The position numbers were made by a program, and so were the translations under genes. This document shows positions 1-11,104 of a stretch of 64,000 nucleotides of DNA, piece after piece. The notes beneath the pieces are model-generated. The model made no database searches and was not told where the DNA came from. It saw nothing but the letters and a program-made list of their open reading frames with translations. The stretch's first letter is position 1, and the number at the start of each line of letters is the position of its first letter. This DNA comes from TPA_inf: Saccharomyces (Eukaryota): contig BK006936.2 in assembly GCA_000146045.2 (NCBI GenBank), positions 32,001-96,000 on the forward strand, written 5' to 3'.

Positions 1-3000
1 AGAAAACCAGATTCCAATGGGTCTACCCATTACACGACCGTCGTGAAGAATCTATACTCAATGTTTTTACATCGATATTAGCATTTATTAAGAACCAATT
101 CAATGCTCGCGTTCTAGTTATCCAGATGGATCGTGGCTCCGAGTACACTAACAAAACTCTTCATAAGTTCTTTACGAACAGAGGTATTACTGCATGCTAT
201 ACAACCACGGCAGATTCTAGAGCACACGGTGTCGCTGAACGATTAAATCGTACTTTATTAAACGATTGTCGCACACTGCTTCATTGCAGTGGTCTACCAA
301 ATCATCTATGGTTCTCAGCAGTCGAATTTTCTACTATAATCAGAAATTCATTAGTCTCACCAAAAAACGATAAATCTGCAAGACAACATGCAGGTTTAGC
401 TGGACTGGACATTACTACTATACTACCTTTCGGTCAACCGGTTATAGTTAACAACCATAATCCCGACTCGAAAATACATCCTCGTGGCATTCCAGGTTAC
501 GCCTTACATCCGTCACGAAACTCTTATGGCTATATTATCTATCTTCCATCATTAAAAAAGACAGTAGATACTACCAATTACGTTATATTACAAGACAACC
601 AATCCAAATTGGACCAATTCAATTATGATACACTCACCTTTGATGATGATCTCAATCGTTTAACAGCCCATAACCAATCTTTTATTGAACAAAATGAAAC
701 AGAGCAGTCATATGATCAAAATACAGAATCTGATCATGACTATCAATCGGAGATTGAAATAAACTCTGATCCTCTAGTGAACGACTTCTCGTCCCAATCA
801 ATGAACCCTTTACAATTAGACCACGAACCAGTCCAAAAAGTACGTGCACTAAAAGAAGTTGATGCCGACATATCTGAATACAATATTCTTCCATCTCCTG
901 TACGATCTCGTACACCCCATATCATTAATAAAGAGAGTACCGAAATGGGTGGTACCATTGAATCAGATACTACTTCACCTAGACACTCGTCTACCTTCAC
1001 TGCACGAAACCAAAAGCGACCTGGTAGTCCCAATGATATGATTGATTTGACCTCACAGGATAGAGTTAATTATGAACTTGAAAACATCAAAACTACCCGT
1101 TTGGGTGGTACGGAGGAACCATATATTCAACGAAATAGTGATACAAATATCAAATACAGGACTACAAATAGTACGCCCTCAATAGATGACCGTTCGCCCG
1201 ACAGTGACTCTACTACTCCCATCATCTCCATAGAAACAAAGGCTGCATGCGATAATACACCCTCCATTGATACGGATCCGCCAGAATATCGATCTTCTGA
1301 CCATGCGACTCCTAATATAATGCCTGACAAATCCTCAAAAAATGTTACGGCTGATTCTATTCTTGACGACCTCCCACTTCCTGACTTAACTAATAAATCT
1401 CCTACGGACACTTCTGATGTTTCAAAAGATATTCCACACATACACTCTCGTCAGACTAATTCCAGTTTGGGTGGTATGGATGATTCTAATGTTCTGACTA
1501 CTACCAAAAGTAAGAAAAGATCATTAGAAGATAATGAAACTGAAATTGAGGTATCCCGAGACACATGGAATAATAAGAATATGAGAAGTCTGGAACCACC
1601 AAGATCGAAGAAACGTATAAATCTAATTGCAGCAATAAAAGGAGTAAAATCAATCAAACCAGTTCGAACGACCTTAAGATATGATGAAGCAATTACATAT
1701 AATGAAGACAACAAAGAAAAAGACAGATATATTGAAGCTTATCATAAAGAAATTAACCAACTATTGAGAATGAACACTTGGGATACAAACAAATATTATG
1801 ATAGAAATGACATAGATCCTAAGAAAGTAATAAACTCAATGTTTATATTTAACAAAAAACGTGATGGTACACACAAAGCCAGATTTGTTGCAAGAGGCGA
1901 CATTCAACACCCCGATACATATGATTCTGATATGCAATCCAATACCGTACATCACTATGCACTGATGACGTCATTGTCAATCGCATTAGACAATGACTAT
2001 TATATCACACAGCTGGACATATCCTCTGCTTACTTATATGCTGATATCAAAGAAGAATTATACATAAGACCTCCACCACATTTAGGTTTGAATGATAAGT
2101 TACTACGTTTGAGAAAATCACTCTATGGTTTGAAACAAAGTGGTGCAAACTGGTATGAAACCATTAAATCATATTTAATAAATTGTTGCGACATGCAAGA
2201 AGTTCGCGGATGGTCATGCGTATTTAAGAATAGTCAAGTAACAATTTGCTTATTCGTTGATGATATGATATTGTTCAGCAAAGACTTAAATGCAAATGAG
2301 AAAATCATAACAACACTCAAGAAACAATACGATACAAAGATAATAAATCTGGGTGAAAGTGATAACGAAATTCAGTACGACATACTTGGATTAGAGATCA
2401 AATATCAAAGAAGCAAGTACATGAAATTAGGTATGGAAAAATCCTTGACAGAAAAATTACCCAAACTAAACGTACCTTTGAACCCAAAAGGAAAGAAACT
2501 TAGCGCTCCAGGTCAACCAGGTCATTATATAGACCAGGATGAACTAGAAATAGATGAAGATGAATACAAAGAGAAAGTACATGAAATGCAAAAGTTGATT
2601 GGTCTAGCTTCTTATGTTGGATATAAATTTAGATTTGACTTACTATACTACATCAACACACTTGCTCAACATATACTATTCCCCTCTAGGCAAGTTTTAG
2701 ACATGACATATGAGTTAATACAATTCATGTGGGACACTAGAGATAAACAATTAATATGGCACAAAAACAAACCTACCAAGCCAGATAATAAACTAGTCGC
2801 AATAAGCGATGCTTCATATGGTAACCAACCATATTACAAGTCACAAATTGGTAACATTTTCCTACTCAACGGAAAAGTGATTGGAGGAAAGTCGACAAAG
2901 GCTTCGTTAACATGCACTTCAACTACAGAAGCAGAAATACACGCAGTCAGTGAAGCTATACCGCTATTGAATAACCTCAGTCACCTTGTGCAAGAACTTA

Positions 3001-3248
3001 ACAAGAAACCAATTATTAAAGGCTTACTTACTGATAGTAGATCAACGATCAGTATAATTAAGTCTACAAATGAAGAGAAATTTAGAAACAGATTTTTTGG
3101 CACGAAGGCAATGAGACTTAGAGATGAAGTATCAGGTAATAATTTATACGTATACTACATCGAGACCAAGAAGAACATTGCTGATGTGATGACAAAACCT
3201 CTTCCGATAAAAACATTTAAACTATTAACAAACAAATGGATTCATTAG
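1..3248 (+). CDS. TYB (Pol) part of the Ty2 Gag-Pol polyprotein: integrase, reverse transcriptase, RNase H. 5'-truncated by the window edge.
   Basis: The frame is open from position 3. Translation gives [20 protein letters not shown]...MDRGSEYTN (integrase), YIRPPPH...[12 protein letters not shown] and FVDDM (RT), and TDASYG...ADVMTKPLP (RNase H). Stop TAG at 3246-3248. Confidence 0.85.
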
Positions 3249-3270
3249 ATCTATTACATTATGGGTGGTA

Positions 3271-3602
3271 TGTTGGAATAAAAATCAACTATCATCTACT
3301 AACTAGTATTTACGTTACTAGTATATTATCATATACGGTGTTAGAAGATGACACAAATGATGAGAAATAGTCATCTAAATTAGTGGAAGCTGAAACGCAA
3401 GGATTGATAATGTAATAGGATCAATGAATATTAACATATAAAATGATGATAATAATATTTATAGAATTGTGTAGAATTGCAGATCCCCTTTCATGGATTC
3501 CTAAATCCTTGAGGAGAACTTCTAGTATATCTACATACCTAATATTATAGCCTTAATCACAATGGAATCCCAACAATTACATCAAAATCCACATTCTCTA
3601 CA
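3271..3602 (+). repeat. 3' delta LTR of the Ty2 element, about 332 bp
   Basis: It starts TGTTGGAATAAAAATCAACTATCATCTACTAACTAGTATTTACGTTACTAGTATATTATCATATACGGTGTTAGAAGATGAC, the canonical delta opening. It ends ...CAACAATTACATCAAAATCCACATTCTCTACA, giving TG...CA termini. It follows the PPT directly. Confidence 0.8.
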
Positions 3603-3656
3603 ATAATAGAATAATGAACGATAACACACACTATGAAAGAAGAATAATAATAATAA

Positions 3657-3805
3657 CACTGTATAGAAATAGCGGCTCCCTCTTGTTTATTCTCACATCC
3701 TCGAGCAAAACTTCTAGCAAATCCTGTGTATTTAATATTATGGCCTCTATCAGCAATGGACTCCCAATAATTATCCAATTACTCACCAATTTTTCAATAT
3801 TAGTG
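3657..3805 (+). repeat. Degenerate delta LTR fragment (3' half of a solo delta remnant)
   Basis: About 75 percent similar to the 3' half of the adjacent delta: ...CCTCGAGCAAAACTTCTAGCAAATCCTGTGTATTTAATATTATGGCCTCTATCAGCAATGGACTCCCAATAATTATCC... It is in the same orientation. It lacks intact termini. Confidence 0.6.
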
Positions 3806-3850
3806 TAGATAGGAAAGGATCCTCGATGAAATCGTTATGGTTAGTGTCTC

Positions 3851-4221
3851 TGTTGATAATTAGAGGTTAAAAATTAGTATTAATGAAGAAGTGAGTACTG
3901 ATCTTCTTATACTAAATAAGAGAGGTATATAAAACACACGCCGATTGGTCATATTAATTATGACCAATATAATAGTGATTCCGGTAGTTACTATACATTG
4001 ATGTGACGACTCATATTCCTCATATATGTACCTACCATAACATGTTCAACTAATAGGTCTTTAACACAGCTTCAGTATTGTCTGAGCTTCTCGTTTAACA
4101 TTCCTTCTGCAATAGGCGCAATCACACTTAAACGTATACGAGTTGTACATTAATATACGATGTAAGCATTAGATTGTTACCATAGCAACTCATGTCACTA
4201 TTAATTACTCTCGTTCCAACA
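3851..4221 (-). mobile_element. Solo LTR, tau (Ty4) type, 371 bp, flanked by a perfect 5-bp target-site duplication GTCTC
   Basis: On the minus strand it reads TGTTGGAACGAGAGTAATTAATAGTGACATGAGTTGC...TAATTATCAACA, with TGTTG/CAACA terminal inverted repeats. Its 371-bp length equals that of tau. GTCTC is found at 3846-3850 and again at 4222-4226. It lies 177 bp upstream of the tRNA-Phe gene. Confidence 0.7.
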
Positions 4222-4397
4222 GTCTCGATCCACTGTGTGTATTCTTGGAAAATGAACAAATCAGTGTAGAGAAGTCGTCTTCGTTTCCATCATGAGAATG
4301 TGCTTCAGTATTACATTTTTTGCCTTCAACGCCTTGATTGTTCTATTTTTGCTAATAATAAATCTATTTCATCGGACTAAAAGTCCATTAGTTGTAA

Positions 4398-4488
4398 GCG
4401 GATTTAGCTCAGTTGGGAGAGCGCCAGACTGAAGAAAAACTTCGGTCAAGTCATCTGGAGGTCCTGTGTTCGATCCACAGAATTCGCA
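4398..4488 (+). tRNA. tF(GAA): tRNA-Phe (anticodon GAA) with an 18-nt intron at about 4436-4453
   Basis: GCGGATTTAGCTCAGTTGGGAGAGCGCCAGACTGAAGA[aaaacttcggtcaagtca]TCTGGAGGTCCTGTGTTCGATCCACAGAATTCGCA matches yeast tRNA-Phe exactly. The A box is TAGCTCAGTTGG and the B box is GTTCGATCC. The intron lies 3' of the anticodon, as in yeast tRNA-Phe genes. Confidence 0.95.
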
Positions 4489-4492
4489 TTCC

Positions 4493-4497
4493 TTTTT
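4493..4497 (+). terminator. Pol III terminator T-run immediately 3' of tRNA-Phe
   Basis: TTTTT at 4493-4497, 5 nt after the tRNA 3' end. A longer T10 run follows at about 4508-4518. Confidence 0.7.
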
Positions 4498-4541
4498 GCT
4501 AGCATTCTTTTTTTTTTCATTTCTAGGCCTGTTTCTCCGCG

Positions 4542-4590
4542 CTGATTGGTCGCCCGGGTGATGCAGTTGCGGCCGGCCCTGGCCAATCAG
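4542..4590. promoter_or_regulatory. Inverted pair of CCAAT boxes (candidate HAP2/3/4/5 sites) inside a GC-rich block of the ATP1 promoter
   Basis: CTGATTGGTC (4542-4551) and GGCCAATCAG (4581-4590) are reverse complements of each other. They flank a GC-rich spacer that contains GGCCGGCC and CCCGGG. They sit about 460-510 bp upstream of the ATP1 ATG. ATP1 is a respiratory gene of the class activated by the CCAAT-binding HAP complex. Confidence 0.5.
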
Positions 4591-5052
4591 ATCCCTTTAA
4601 AAATGGGCCCGGTGCGCTTCTACCCCTTCACGCCTTTTACGCCTTTTTCGAATCTTGTATTTATTGTAATTATTATACATTGGTCATATCAAATTCACAT
4701 CAGACTTCAATTTTTCAATTCACTTTCTGAATAAGAGCCCTTCCCTTCATACAAGTAGAGATATTATACTGTCATAGCTCTTTCAATTGGTCTTATTAGA
4801 TTGTCTCCATCTTTCCCATTGACGTTGTTACTCCCTCTCTTTTTTCGTTTTTAACTGATTTCTCATATATTCCCAAACAGGCATATATACTCGACGTCAA
4901 GAAAGAAAAGAAAAGAAAACCCTCATAAAAAATATAATCGAGAAGTTTTTTTCCTCATCGCGAACCATTAGTATAACAGATTGATCGTTCAGCTCTCATA
5001 ACTATCGCAAGAACAGTAACAAAATAAATAAAAAAAACACGCACATATAATA

Positions 5053-6690
5053 ATGTTGGCTCGTACTGCTGCTATTCGTTCTCTATCGAGAACTCTAATT
5101 AACTCTACCAAGGCCGCAAGACCTGCCGCTGCTGCTTTGGCTTCCACCAGAAGATTGGCTTCCACCAAGGCACAACCCACAGAAGTTTCCTCCATCTTAG
5201 AGGAAAGAATTAAGGGTGTGTCCGACGAGGCCAATTTGAACGAAACTGGTAGAGTTCTTGCAGTCGGTGATGGTATTGCTCGTGTTTTTGGTTTGAACAA
5301 CATTCAGGCTGAAGAATTGGTCGAGTTCTCCTCTGGTGTTAAAGGTATGGCTTTGAACTTGGAGCCTGGTCAAGTCGGTATCGTTCTTTTCGGTTCCGAT
5401 AGACTGGTTAAAGAAGGTGAATTGGTCAAGAGAACCGGTAATATTGTTGATGTCCCAGTCGGTCCAGGCCTTTTGGGTAGAGTTGTCGACGCTTTAGGTA
5501 ACCCTATTGATGGTAAAGGTCCTATTGACGCTGCCGGTCGTTCAAGAGCTCAAGTCAAAGCACCAGGTATTTTGCCAAGAAGATCTGTCCATGAACCAGT
5601 TCAAACCGGTTTGAAAGCCGTTGACGCCTTGGTCCCTATCGGTAGAGGTCAAAGAGAGTTGATTATTGGTGATCGTCAAACAGGTAAGACTGCTGTCGCC
5701 TTAGACACCATCTTGAATCAAAAGAGATGGAATAACGGTAGTGACGAATCCAAGAAACTTTACTGTGTTTACGTTGCCGTTGGACAAAAAAGATCTACCG
5801 TTGCTCAATTGGTCCAAACTTTGGAACAACATGACGCCATGAAGTACTCTATTATTGTTGCAGCTACTGCATCTGAAGCCGCTCCTCTACAATACTTGGC
5901 TCCATTTACTGCCGCATCCATTGGTGAATGGTTCAGAGATAATGGAAAGCACGCTTTGATCGTCTATGACGATTTGTCCAAGCAAGCCGTGGCATACCGT
6001 CAATTATCTTTGTTGTTGAGACGTCCTCCTGGTCGTGAAGCCTACCCTGGTGATGTCTTTTACTTGCATTCAAGATTGCTAGAAAGAGCCGCTAAGCTTT
6101 CTGAAAAGGAAGGTTCTGGTTCTTTAACTGCTTTGCCTGTTATTGAAACCCAAGGTGGTGATGTCTCCGCTTATATTCCAACCAATGTTATTTCCATTAC
6201 CGATGGTCAAATTTTCTTGGAAGCTGAATTATTCTACAAGGGTATCAGACCTGCCATTAACGTTGGTTTGTCCGTTTCTCGTGTCGGTTCCGCTGCTCAA
6301 GTTAAGGCTTTGAAGCAAGTCGCTGGTTCCTTGAAATTGTTTTTGGCTCAATACAGAGAAGTCGCTGCTTTTGCTCAATTCGGTTCCGATTTAGATGCCT
6401 CCACCAAGCAAACTTTGGTTAGAGGTGAAAGATTGACTCAATTGTTGAAGCAAAACCAATATTCTCCTTTGGCTACAGAAGAACAGGTTCCATTGATTTA
6501 TGCCGGTGTTAATGGTCATTTGGATGGTATTGAACTATCAAGAATTGGTGAATTTGAGTCCTCCTTTTTGTCCTATCTAAAATCCAATCACAATGAGCTT
6601 TTGACCGAAATTAGAGAAAAGGGTGAATTGTCTAAAGAATTGTTGGCATCTCTAAAGAGTGCTACTGAATCATTTGTTGCCACTTTTTAA
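5053..6690 (+). CDS. ATP1: F1F0 ATP synthase alpha subunit, mitochondrial precursor (545 aa)
   Basis: N-terminal presequence [14 protein letters not shown]..., then Walker A GDRQTGKT and the conserved alpha-subunit body. Single ORF with ATG at 5053. Confidence 0.95.
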   Translation: MLARTAAIRSLSRTLINSTKAARPAAAALASTRRLASTKAQPTEVSSILEERIKGVSDEANLNETGRVLAVGDGIARVFGLNNIQAEELVEFSSGVKGMALNLEPGQVGIVLFGSDRLVKEGELVKRTGNIVDVPVGPGLLGRVVDALGNPIDGKGPIDAAGRSRAQVKAPGILPRRSVHEPVQTGLKAVDALVPIGRGQRELIIGDRQTGKTAVALDTILNQKRWNNGSDESKKLYCVYVAVGQKRSTVAQLVQTLEQHDAMKYSIIVAATASEAAPLQYLAPFTAASIGEWFRDNGKHALIVYDDLSKQAVAYRQLSLLLRRPPGREAYPGDVFYLHSRLLERAAKLSEKEGSGSLTALPVIETQGGDVSAYIPTNVISITDGQIFLEAELFYKGIRPAINVGLSVSRVGSAAQVKALKQVAGSLKLFLAQYREVAAFAQFGSDLDASTKQTLVRGERLTQLLKQNQYSPLATEEQVPLIYAGVNGHLDGIELSRIGEFESSFLSYLKSNHNELLTEIREKGELSKELLASLKSATESFVATF

Positions 6691-7144
6691 TGTGAACTAA
6701 AAAAATAAAAATGAATATAAGGTACGTCTCAAAAAGAAATGTAAATATAGAAATTTTAAAAAAAAAAACGAAAAAAAACATAACTAAATTTAAAGTGCAG
6801 CCAAACAATAACCCTGAAAAATCTAAATATCTTAGAATTTTTTTATTTTGATTATTATATATTATTATTATTCTTATGGTAAATAATGCCCCTACTTTTC
6901 TTCTAAGGAAATGAGTTACTACAAAAATAAGGAAATATCGCCTGCAAGCGGTTTTTATTTTGGAGTTGTTTTTTTTTTTCCCACAATAGCCTCTAGTTTA
7001 TTCCATTCTTAGCACTGACTCTTTTTTCCGCCACTATTTCTTATAAAAGGCCCGAATTTCTGGCACGGACGTTGTTTTTAATAATAAAATATTGAATGAC
7101 AGTTAAAAAATCACGTAGTCAGTTAATCTGTTTAACTTGAAAAT

Positions 7145-8527
7145 ATGTCTGAATCAGTGGCCATTATAGGTGCAGGATTAGTAGGCTGCCTTGCAGCTTT
7201 GGCATTCTCCAAAGAAGGCTACAATGTCACACTATATGATTTTAGACAAGATCCTCGATTGGACACCACCAAAAATAAAAATTTGAAATCCATTAATTTG
7301 GCTATTTCTGCTCGTGGCATTGATGCTCTGAAATCAATAGATCCGGATGCTTGTGAACATATTCTGCAAGATATGATTCCCATGAAAGGCAGGATGATTC
7401 ATGACTTGAAAGGCAGACAGGAATCACAATTGTATGGCTTGCATGGAGAAGCTATTAATTCTATCAATAGATCTGTATTAAATAATAGCCTTTTGGACGA
7501 ATTAGAAAAATCTACAACAGAACTGAAGTTCGGTCACAAATTAGTCAAAATCGAATGGACAGATGATAAACAAATCTGTCATTTTGCCATTGGGGAAGAT
7601 TTGAAAACCCCACATACTGAAAAGTATGATTTTGTCATAGGTTGTGACGGAGCATACTCTGCGACGAGATCGCAAATGCAACGTAAAGTTGAGATGGATT
7701 TTTCACAAGAATATATGAATTTACGTTACATTGAACTTTACATCCCGCCTACTGAGGAATTCAAGCCAAACTATGGCGGAAATTTTGCAATAGCTCCTGA
7801 CCATTTGCACATTTGGCCTCGTCATAAATTCATGTTAATTGCGCTCGCCAACAGTGACGGCTCGTTCACTTCAACCTTTTTCGGTTCTAAAGATCAAATA
7901 TCAGATCTGATAACTTCCAAGTCACGTGTGAGGGAATTCTTAATCGAGAACTTTCCCGATATTATTAATATTATGGATTTGGACGATGCTGTCAAAAGGT
8001 TTATCACTTATCCAAAGGAAAGTCTTGTCTGTGTAAACTGTAAGCCATACGATGTACCAGGCGGAAAGGCCATCCTACTCGGCGACGCTGCCCATGCAAT
8101 GGTTCCATTTTACGGCCAAGGTATGAATTGCGGATTTGAAGATGTGAGAATTCTTATGGCGCTATTGAAAAAGCATTCAGGAGATCGTTCAAGAGCCTTT
8201 ACTGAGTACACTCAAACAAGACATAAGGACCTAGTTTCTATTACTGAGCTGGCAAAAAGGAACTATAAAGAAATGTCACATGACGTTACATCCAAGCGGT
8301 TTTTATTAAGGAAAAAGCTAGATGCTCTCTTTAGTATTATAATGAAGGATAAGTGGATACCTTTGTATACAATGATATCTTTCAGATCCGATATCTCGTA
8401 TTCTAGAGCTTTAGAAAGGGCTGGAAAGCAAACACGTATCTTGAAATTCTTAGAATCTCTGACACTCGGTATGTTATCTATTGGCGGTTACAAGCTTTTC
8501 AAATTTTTGACAAGAGAACGTTCCTGA
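7145..8527 (+). CDS. BNA4: Kynurenine 3-monooxygenase (FAD-dependent), 460 aa
   Basis: N-terminal FAD-binding fold VAIIGAGLVGCLAALAFSKEGYNVTLYD and a GDAAHAMVPFYGQGMNCGFED motif. Matches yeast BNA4 in length and position. Confidence 0.9.
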   Translation: MSESVAIIGAGLVGCLAALAFSKEGYNVTLYDFRQDPRLDTTKNKNLKSINLAISARGIDALKSIDPDACEHILQDMIPMKGRMIHDLKGRQESQLYGLHGEAINSINRSVLNNSLLDELEKSTTELKFGHKLVKIEWTDDKQICHFAIGEDLKTPHTEKYDFVIGCDGAYSATRSQMQRKVEMDFSQEYMNLRYIELYIPPTEEFKPNYGGNFAIAPDHLHIWPRHKFMLIALANSDGSFTSTFFGSKDQISDLITSKSRVREFLIENFPDIINIMDLDDAVKRFITYPKESLVCVNCKPYDVPGGKAILLGDAAHAMVPFYGQGMNCGFEDVRILMALLKKHSGDRSRAFTEYTQTRHKDLVSITELAKRNYKEMSHDVTSKRFLLRKKLDALFSIIMKDKWIPLYTMISFRSDISYSRALERAGKQTRILKFLESLTLGMLSIGGYKLFKFLTRERS

Positions 8528-8582
8528 AGCCAGTTTATTCTTGCCATCCGTGTACGCTAGGAGAGGATTATTAAAATAAGTG

Positions 8583-8586
<4 letters not shown>

Positions 8587-8617
<31 letters not shown>
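8587..8617. repeat. (TA)n dinucleotide microsatellite, about 15 units
   Basis: atatatatatatatatatatatatatata read directly, in the BNA4 3' flank. Confidence 0.9.
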
Positions 8618-8620
<3 letters not shown>

Positions 8621-8830
8621 CACTAATTATTTTATGTGATGTTGATCACGCGAAACGGTAAACGGCTCTGTTCGCGCTTTCTTTGTTTACATTTTAGTGA
8701 AGTATTGTCAAGATAATATCCATATGGTTGAACTTTTTATATTGGCTAGTTAAATACTCTATTTATTGCACCAAAAAATCATCTTAGTGGACTTTTTGGA
8801 GCAAAAAAAACCAGCAGGTAGTTATATAAG

Positions 8831-11095
8831 ATGACTACACAACTAAGGTATGAAAATAACGATGACGATGAAAGAGTAGAATATAATCTCTTTACCAATA
8901 GATCCACCATGATGGCAAATTTTGAAGAATGGATCAAAATGGCTACAGATAATAAAATCAATTCCCGAAATAGTTGGAATTTCGCATTGATCGACTATTT
9001 TTATGACTTGGACGTTTTGAAAGATGGCGAGAATAACATCAATTTTCAGAAAGCATCTGCAACCTTGGATGGGTGTATTAAGATTTACTCTTCGAGAGTT
9101 GATTCAGTGACAACGGAAACAGGTAAGTTATTGAGCGGGTTGGCACAAAGAAAGACGAATGGGGCATCTAACGGAGATGACAGTAACGGGGGAAATGGTG
9201 AAGGGCTTGGAGGTGACAGTGACGAAGCAAATATAGAGATTGATCCCTTAACTGGTATGCCTATATCTAATGATCCTGATGTGAATAACACTAGGCGGAG
9301 AGTGTACAACAGAGTTTTAGAAACAACATTGGTGGAGTTCGAAACGATCAAGATGAAAGAGCTAGACCAGGAATTAATAATTGATCCATTATTCAAAAAG
9401 GCCTTGGTTGATTTCGATGAAGGTGGCGCCAAGAGTTTATTGTTGAACACATTAAACATAGACAACACTGCAAGAGTCATTTTCGATGCATCAATTAAGG
9501 ATACACAAAACGTAGGGCAAGGTAAACTTCAAAGGAAAGAAGAAGAATTAATTGAAAGAGATAGTTTAGTAGATGACGAAAATGAACCTAGCCAGTCATT
9601 GATAAGTACTCGTAATGACTCAACCGTAAATGATTCCGTTATTAGTGCACCTTCCATGGAAGATGAGATTTTATCTCTTGGTATGGATTTTATAAAATTT
9701 GATCAAATTGCGGTGTGTGAAATTTCAGGATCGATTGAGCAACTAAGGAACGTTGTCGAAGATATTAATCAAGCGAAAGACTTTATCGAAAATGTTAACA
9801 ACAGATTTGATAACTTCTTAACTGAAGAAGAATTGCAAGCAGCTGTCCCAGATAATGCAGAAGATGATAGCGATGGCTTTGATATGGGCATGCAACAGGA
9901 GCTGTGCTATCCAGATGAAAATCATGACAATACATCACATGATGAACAAGATGATGATAATGTCAACAGTACCACAGGAAGTATATTCGAAAAAGATTTG
10001 ATGGCATACTTTGACGAAAATCTAAATAGAAACTGGAGAGGGAGAGAACATTGGAAAGTACGAAATTTTAAGAAAGCAAACTTAGTGAATAAAGAATCCG
10101 ACCTGTTGGAAGAAACGCGAACTACTATAGGAGATACTACTGACAAAAACACAACGGACGACAAATCGATGGATACGAAGAAGAAGCATAAACAAAAAAA
10201 GGTTCTGGAAATTGATTTCTTCAAAACGGATGATAGTTTTGAAGACAAAGTCTTTGCCTCAAAAGGAAGGACAAAGATTGACATGCCGATTAAGAACAGA
10301 AAGAACGACACACATTATTTACTGCCGGATGACTTCCATTTTTCCACTGATAGAATAACAAGATTGTTCATTAAACCGGGGCAGAAAATGAGTCTGTTCA
10401 GTCATAGGAAGCATACCAGAGGCGACGTTAGTTCGGGGCTTTTTGAAAAAAGCACAGTTTCTGCCAACCATTCAAATAACGACATTCCTACTATTGCAGA
10501 TGAGCACTTTTGGGCGGATAATTACGAAAGGAAAGAACAAGAGGAAAAAGAAAAGGAGCAGTCTAAAGAGGTTGGTGATGTGGTGGGTGGAGCGCTCGAT
10601 AATCCGTTTGAAGATGACATGGACGGTGTTGACTTCAACCAAGCTTTCGAAGGAACAGATGATAACGAGGAGGCCAGTGTGAAACTTGATTTACAGGATG
10701 ACGAAGATCATAAGTTCCCCATTCGAGAAAATAAAGTTACTTATTCAAGAGTTTCGAAAAAAGTTGACGTAAGAAGATTAAAGAAAAACGTATGGAGATC
10801 GATCAACAATTTGATACAAGAACATGACAGTAGGAAAAATAGAGAACAAAGCTCTAATGACAGTGAAACCCACACAGAAGATGAATCAACAAAGGAGCTC
10901 AAGTTTTCTGATATCATTCAGGGTATAAGTAAAATGTATTCGGATGATACACTAAAGGACATTTCAACAAGCTTTTGTTTTATATGCCTTCTACACTTAG
11001 CCAATGAGCATGGGTTGCAGATAACTCATACCGAAAACTATAATGACTTGATAGTGAATTATGAGGATCTAGCGACAACACAGGCAGCGTCATAG
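8831..11095 (+). CDS. BRN1: Condensin complex kleisin subunit (754 aa)
   Basis: 754-aa acidic, S/D/E-rich protein with an N-terminal kleisin region (ATLDGCIKIYSSRVDSV). Its position between BNA4 and MRX3 matches chrII gene order. Confidence 0.85.
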   Translation: MTTQLRYENNDDDERVEYNLFTNRSTMMANFEEWIKMATDNKINSRNSWNFALIDYFYDLDVLKDGENNINFQKASATLDGCIKIYSSRVDSVTTETGKLLSGLAQRKTNGASNGDDSNGGNGEGLGGDSDEANIEIDPLTGMPISNDPDVNNTRRRVYNRVLETTLVEFETIKMKELDQELIIDPLFKKALVDFDEGGAKSLLLNTLNIDNTARVIFDASIKDTQNVGQGKLQRKEEELIERDSLVDDENEPSQSLISTRNDSTVNDSVISAPSMEDEILSLGMDFIKFDQIAVCEISGSIEQLRNVVEDINQAKDFIENVNNRFDNFLTEEELQAAVPDNAEDDSDGFDMGMQQELCYPDENHDNTSHDEQDDDNVNSTTGSIFEKDLMAYFDENLNRNWRGREHWKVRNFKKANLVNKESDLLEETRTTIGDTTDKNTTDDKSMDTKKKHKQKKVLEIDFFKTDDSFEDKVFASKGRTKIDMPIKNRKNDTHYLLPDDFHFSTDRITRLFIKPGQKMSLFSHRKHTRGDVSSGLFEKSTVSANHSNNDIPTIADEHFWADNYERKEQEEKEKEQSKEVGDVVGGALDNPFEDDMDGVDFNQAFEGTDDNEEASVKLDLQDDEDHKFPIRENKVTYSRVSKKVDVRRLKKNVWRSINNLIQEHDSRKNREQSSNDSETHTEDESTKELKFSDIIQGISKMYSDDTLKDISTSFCFICLLHLANEHGLQITHTENYNDLIVNYEDLATTQAAS

Positions 11096-11104
11096 TTGAT
11101 GATC

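Larger units (their letters stand above)
1..3602 (+). mobile_element. 3' portion of a Ty2-type (Ty1/copia superfamily) LTR retrotransposon, running off the left edge of the window. It comprises the internal Gag-Pol ORF, a polypurine tract and the 3' delta LTR.
   Basis: The open frame from position 3 translates to recognisable integrase core, reverse transcriptase and RNase H, ending ...[12 protein letters not shown]. The divergent integrase C-terminal region resembles Ty2 rather than Ty1 (from memory). A polypurine tract GGGTGGTA at 3263-3270 is followed by an LTR starting TGTTGGAATA at 3271. Confidence 0.8.

Noticed and set aside
4546-4734. 62-aa ORF in the GC-rich ATP1 promoter block
   Set aside because: It starts with TTG, not ATG. 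It lies entirely within the promoter, 320-500 bp upstream of ATP1. Its codon usage is incoherent. The GC-rich block is better explained as a regulatory island carrying CCAAT boxes.
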